A DNA stretch of 64,000 nucleotides from the human T2T-CHM13v2.0 reference genome, Homo sapiens. Below are positions 57,626-64,000 of the stretch, piece after piece (the stretch's first letter is position 1; each line of letters starts with the position of its first letter). The DNA is taken from assembly GCF_009914755.1 (NCBI RefSeq), contig NC_060926.1; one strand, 5' to 3'. The position numbers were made by a program, and so were the translations under genes. The notes below the pieces were generated by a model. That model did not search any database. It had not been told where the DNA came from and saw only the letters and a list, made by a program, of their open reading frames with translations.

Positions 57626-57873
57626 TTTTTTTTCTCTTTCCCTCTAAAATAAATTATAACATGTTACTAGACTTGGACAAAATCTATTATCCTTACATCA
57701 GAATTAAATATCAAATTATAATAGGGTCTGTTAACACCATAGTAAGAACACTATGTTTTATGATAACATAGTACAACTGTTATTTGACCACCCTGTTCAA
57801 CACTAAACACAGCAGCGTTCCTATAAAGACCAAAGCCCACGTGACAGCATTCCCAAGTCTAGGATCTCCGTCA

Positions 57874-58176
<303 letters not shown>

Positions 58177-58430
58177 TCAGAAACTCAAATACTATCTAAA
58201 AAACAATAACTGAAATGACAATCACCAAGCTTTCACACATATAGATCCACAACTTTGCCTAAAACTACATACAGTAGAGTACTTCAAAGGAACATTTTCT
58301 ATGAAGAACATAGTACAATTATATTCAATATTGATGTAAAATTTAATAGAAGTCTTCAACAAATTTTAGTCAATTTTTATAAAAAAACTACCACAATTGC
58401 TTTTGATTTCTGTTCCAAAACTTTATTTAA

Positions 58431-58745
<315 letters not shown>

Positions 58746-58891
58746 TATCACAATGAATATTAATTTAAGTAAAACCTGATGATCTGAAGTGCTAATGATG
58801 ATGATAAGCAACTAATCAGGAATTAAATATCAATCACACTTATGACTGAAAAAAGTGGAAACACATACTAGCAAGTAACTGAATGTCATAC

Positions 58892-59047
58892 CTATAGATG
58901 CTTCTTGAATAAGAGGGGATGCGGTGGCATTCAAGCTCTGCACCAGGCTCCCGAGTTCCTGGAGGGCACAGACCATCACATGCTGGCTTGCTGCAATGTC
59001 TGCTGCGCCAGATTTGTTTTCTCCACTTGTGTCATTCACTACTGCTT
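58892..59047 (-). CDS. HEATR5B: HEATR5B coding exon (window exon 3; 156 nt, 1->1)
   Basis: tttccag|AA ... G|gtatga; [52 protein letters not shown]. Confidence 0.96.
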
Positions 59048-59309
59048 CTGGAAACACAAAATCATGTCTTTGACATAGGAGAAATGAATTGTGGTATGAT
59101 TTTTTTGGTCTATACAATTTATGATTTTAGCCATACCAGTTGATGTCCGAGTGTTAAAAACTATGCAGTTATTTCTCAATAGAAAACTTGTAGAACTAAA
59201 CACTGAAGTGACTTAAAAATGTTGTTTAATAGCTTTATAATAATGCTAAAATATATACTGAGATACATCTTTGCTTCCAGGAATACAACCTAATTTTAGC
59301 AAGCAGCAG

Positions 59310-59555
59310 CAATCCAGTGTATAAAAGCACAGATACTGCAGAAAGAAGACTCGGGTTCAAATCCCAATTCCACTAGTTATATTAGTTATGTGACATTGAG
59401 CAAGATGTTCAATTTTTCTGTCCCAATTTCCTTATCTGTTAATGGGCTTACATGCCTATTTCAAACGGTACTGTGGTGATTAAAAAGTCAGTGCATATAA
59501 AGAATTTAACACAATGCTGCCCATAATACACATTCAATAAATGTTAACAGCTATT
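59310..59555 (+). mobile_element. MIR
   Basis: gactcgggttcaaatcccaattccact...tgtgacattgagcaag...tttccttatctgt. Confidence 0.75.
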
Positions 59556-60013
59556 ATTACTTTATTACCATTGCTACTTTAAGTGTTCCAATATATTGGA
59601 GGTATCTGTTAAATTACTGACCAGAAAATGAATCTATAAGGAAAATGCCTTAAGTTACCTCTTACTGGAATGTTTCTGTAAGTTCCCATTAATTAACCTT
59701 GCTGCCTGCTACCCCAACCTTTTAGCTTCCACTAGAATCGAAATGTGTTTGACAAGAGACAACCAAAGATCGCTTGCCAAACTACTAATTGAGAATACAT
59801 TCTGGCCCACAAATCCCCAATACGTATCATTATATTTAATTCTGCTTTCAGGATTTAAAAAAAAATCAAATAACGAATTTATGACCTTAACATTAAGAAC
59901 CTTTAAATGATAGTAAAACTTTCTTTTTTGCATTCATTATTAATTAATAGACTATAAAATACATAATACAGACTAGGATATAATGGATTAATAAATTGAA
60001 GACTATAATTAAA

Positions 60014-60938
<925 letters not shown>

Positions 60939-61791
60939 CGAGTTTACTAAGTAAGCCATTATAAACAACAAAAACTACAACTATTTATATTTTTTTACTA
61001 ATTTCATAAAACATTTCATACATATATCTCTAAAAAATAAATTATTGATATTTATTCATTAAATCCTTATTTCAAAAGACCTCTATTAGTCAATATAATT
61101 TCCCTTATTAAAGTTAGTATAGTGAAATAGTGAATAATAGTGAAAAAACTAAACTTTTAGAATTTATATTTTTGCCTTGCTTTTAGTATTGCTTTTATAT
61201 TTAGTTTATAACTGGATTAAAAGCTCCATGAAGGGAGAAACTTTATCTCATTCATTATTTAAACCCTGAATTACTGCTCTGCAAATCTAAGACAATAACT
61301 ATTTATTAAATTGAAAAATTTATAAAACTGGTATTTTAGAAAAGAATTTCTTGTAATTATGTATAACTGAGGTTTCACAGTACATCTTACAGCGGGCTAA
61401 TAACCATCTGTAATTGTTCCTCTCTAAGTTTTCATATTAAGCCTACGAGGGGAGGAAAAGAAACAATAAAAATATATGTTTATAAAACAACAGGCTCTAA
61501 AAGCAGAAAGAGGACAATAGATTACTCCTTGAAGACAGCAACCAATGTGCTGCTGCATGCCAGAAAAGTTATAAAATCCGTATAGGTACTAGAAATAAAA
61601 CAGAAAACACAATCTTACCAACATACCACCCAAATCTTTAAAAACTCTATTTCACTGTAATTATGTGATTTTAATATCAAATAAGAGTACTCAATAAAAA
61701 TCACTATGAAAACACACAGAAAGATAAACTAATCAGTCTTATGGATATTTATTAAGAATCATAATAAAGAACTAAATGACTAAGGTAATCA

Positions 61792-62091
<300 letters not shown>

Positions 62092-63037
62092 TCAGATACA
62101 CTTACATAACTGAACAGAAATCAAAGATAAAGCAACTACTAAAATAACTGATAACAGCATGCTGAATGAATTGTATTTGAGGCTAAAACAGAGAAAATTT
62201 AAACTTGAGGTCTTTTTACTACTTCTGGAATACGAATTATTAGTGAAGTATCTTTGACCAAAAAACAGTTCTTAAGATAACAACTTCATGAAGAACACAA
62301 AGGGACAGCAGTGAGAGGGAAGGGAAGCTGAATTTACCCCAGTGATCGGGAAGGTAACAGGTTACAGAAACAAGAAAACCTTAACATCCTAAATAAACAC
62401 TGACTTAGAGCTATAAAACCCTTACGTACGACTTTTTCTGTAAGTTAAAAAATTGTTTACTTATATTTTATACTTGTTTCAGGATCAAGGTACAGTTATG
62501 ATTTTGACTAAAATCGTGATTTTGACTATGATCACCATTTCATCTTATTAGGTGTTAATTATTATTAGATCATTAACCATAACCTCTTATTCCGTGTTAT
62601 TTTGAAATTATAATTCCAAGTCAGATATAATCTTATAATTACACTGGTGATTAAACACTGATAGAAAATCCAATCAAAGCATTAACCAGTATTTTTAGCT
62701 ACAGGGTTGTTGGAGAATATTAAAATCTAAATGCTCAAGCTACCTGAATACAGTTTCAATGAAAACTGAGTTACTTTATATCTGATTTTCTGTTAAGCAA
62801 AATGTAGGAACTTCATTTAAAGATATTTACACAAATATGGTAGACACAGGCTTATTTATATATTATTAAATATCTACCGAATTTCCATATAAGCATGTAA
62901 TTTGGAATTTGAATGTAATTCATTCATTCGGTAAAAGAAACATTTCGAAAGAAACCAGACAATATTAAAAATGTCTCTGTGAGCTGTTACTTAGTAACAG
63001 TTTTCCACGAAGTTTCACAAGTGATATGAACAAAATC

Positions 63038-63336
63038 TTTTTTTTTTTTTTTTGAGATGGAGTCTCGCTCTGTCACCCAGGTTGGAGTGCAGTGGCGCAA
63101 TCTTGGCTAACTGCAACCTCCACCTCCCTAGTTGAAGCGATTCTCCTGCCTCAGCCTCCTGAGAAGCTGGGACTACAGGCATGCGCCACCACACCTGGCT
63201 AATTTTTTGGTGTTTTTAGTAGACATGGGGTTTCACCATGTTAGTCAGGCTGGTCTCAAACTCCTGACCTCAGGCAATCTGCCCGCCTTGGCCTCCAAAA
63301 ATGCTGGGATTACAGGCGTGAGCCACCGTGCCTGGC
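63038..63336 (-). mobile_element. Alu about 30 nt from the exon 1 donor
   Basis: Reverse-complement Alu. Confidence 0.93.
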
Positions 63337-63367
63337 CAAAATTCTTTCACACATACGTGTTACAAAC

Positions 63368-63525
63368 CTGCGTAACTCCAACTCTCACTTCACGATTAAC
63401 GGACCCTCCAACTTTTAACATTTCTCCACCGCTCTTTAAGAAACCTGACCCTCCACGCAGAAATCCTGTGGCCATGAGTTCTAAGACTTCATCAAATGTT
63501 GCTCGCTTCACATTCTGACGCATTA
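63368..63525 (-). CDS. HEATR5B: HEATR5B internal coding exon (window exon 1; 158 nt, phase 1->0)
   Basis: Acceptor ttgaaag|TAATG, donor CAG|gtttgt; encodes [53 protein letters not shown], recognised as HEATR5 family. Confidence 0.95.
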
Positions 63526-64000
63526 CTTTCAAGAAGAAAAATTAAAGTATAAGCAAATATATTTCTGAGGCACTCTAGCTTAATAATTCAAGTAATTATT
63601 TTTAAGGACACTTTACTACAATGGGGAAATGGTTTAGTTTCCTTATAATTGTTTTCTTAAAATTTTCAATGTACTTGTAAGCCTGAATTCAATTCCAAAG
63701 GAAAAAATGCTCAGAAAATGGAAAGAGCTAGAAATAAAAGCAATTCAATAAATCTACGCAAAATAGTCTAATAATAATAATACTATGTGTAACACAATAA
63801 GGACAAAGCATACCCACAGCAGATACTACTAACTGATCTCAGTTCTCATTCCCGCCTGAGGTGGACACAAAAAACTTTTCTCATCACAGTGCTTTCTATA
63901 CAGTAGTTACCAATAGATTAAGATGTTACTGGGAATGCAACTGAATTGGCATCCCTAGTACAGAGTTTCATATTTTATGAAGTCCTTCCACATATAGTAG

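Overview
Human (primate) genomic DNA lying entirely inside one minus-strand gene, HEATR5B (HEAT repeat-containing 5B, the p200/Laa1-like AP-1 accessory protein). I reconstructed 23 consecutive internal coding exons (63525 down to 188; 4008 nt, 1336 codons), all with GT-AG boundaries and consistent splice phases. The start and stop codons lie outside the window. The introns carry about 55 Alu copies (one is a young AluYa5), a near full-length Hsmar2 mariner, Tigger/MER DNA transposons, three solo LTRs, and L1/L2/MIR relics. Most ORF-track entries are Alu-derived or random. I see no evidence of a new multi-gene system. The most interesting unexplained features are: (i) a 94%-identical partial copy of a coding exon, with its donor site, 1.6 kb away that could splice as an in-frame 48/45-nt exon; (ii) a cluster of short local duplications; (iii) a perfect 28-bp palindrome and an ~38-bp-arm hairpin in neighbouring introns; (iv) several candidate poison or cryptic exons and a stop-creating tandem donor. 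Repeat family names are assigned from memory of consensus sequences and their boundaries are approximate.
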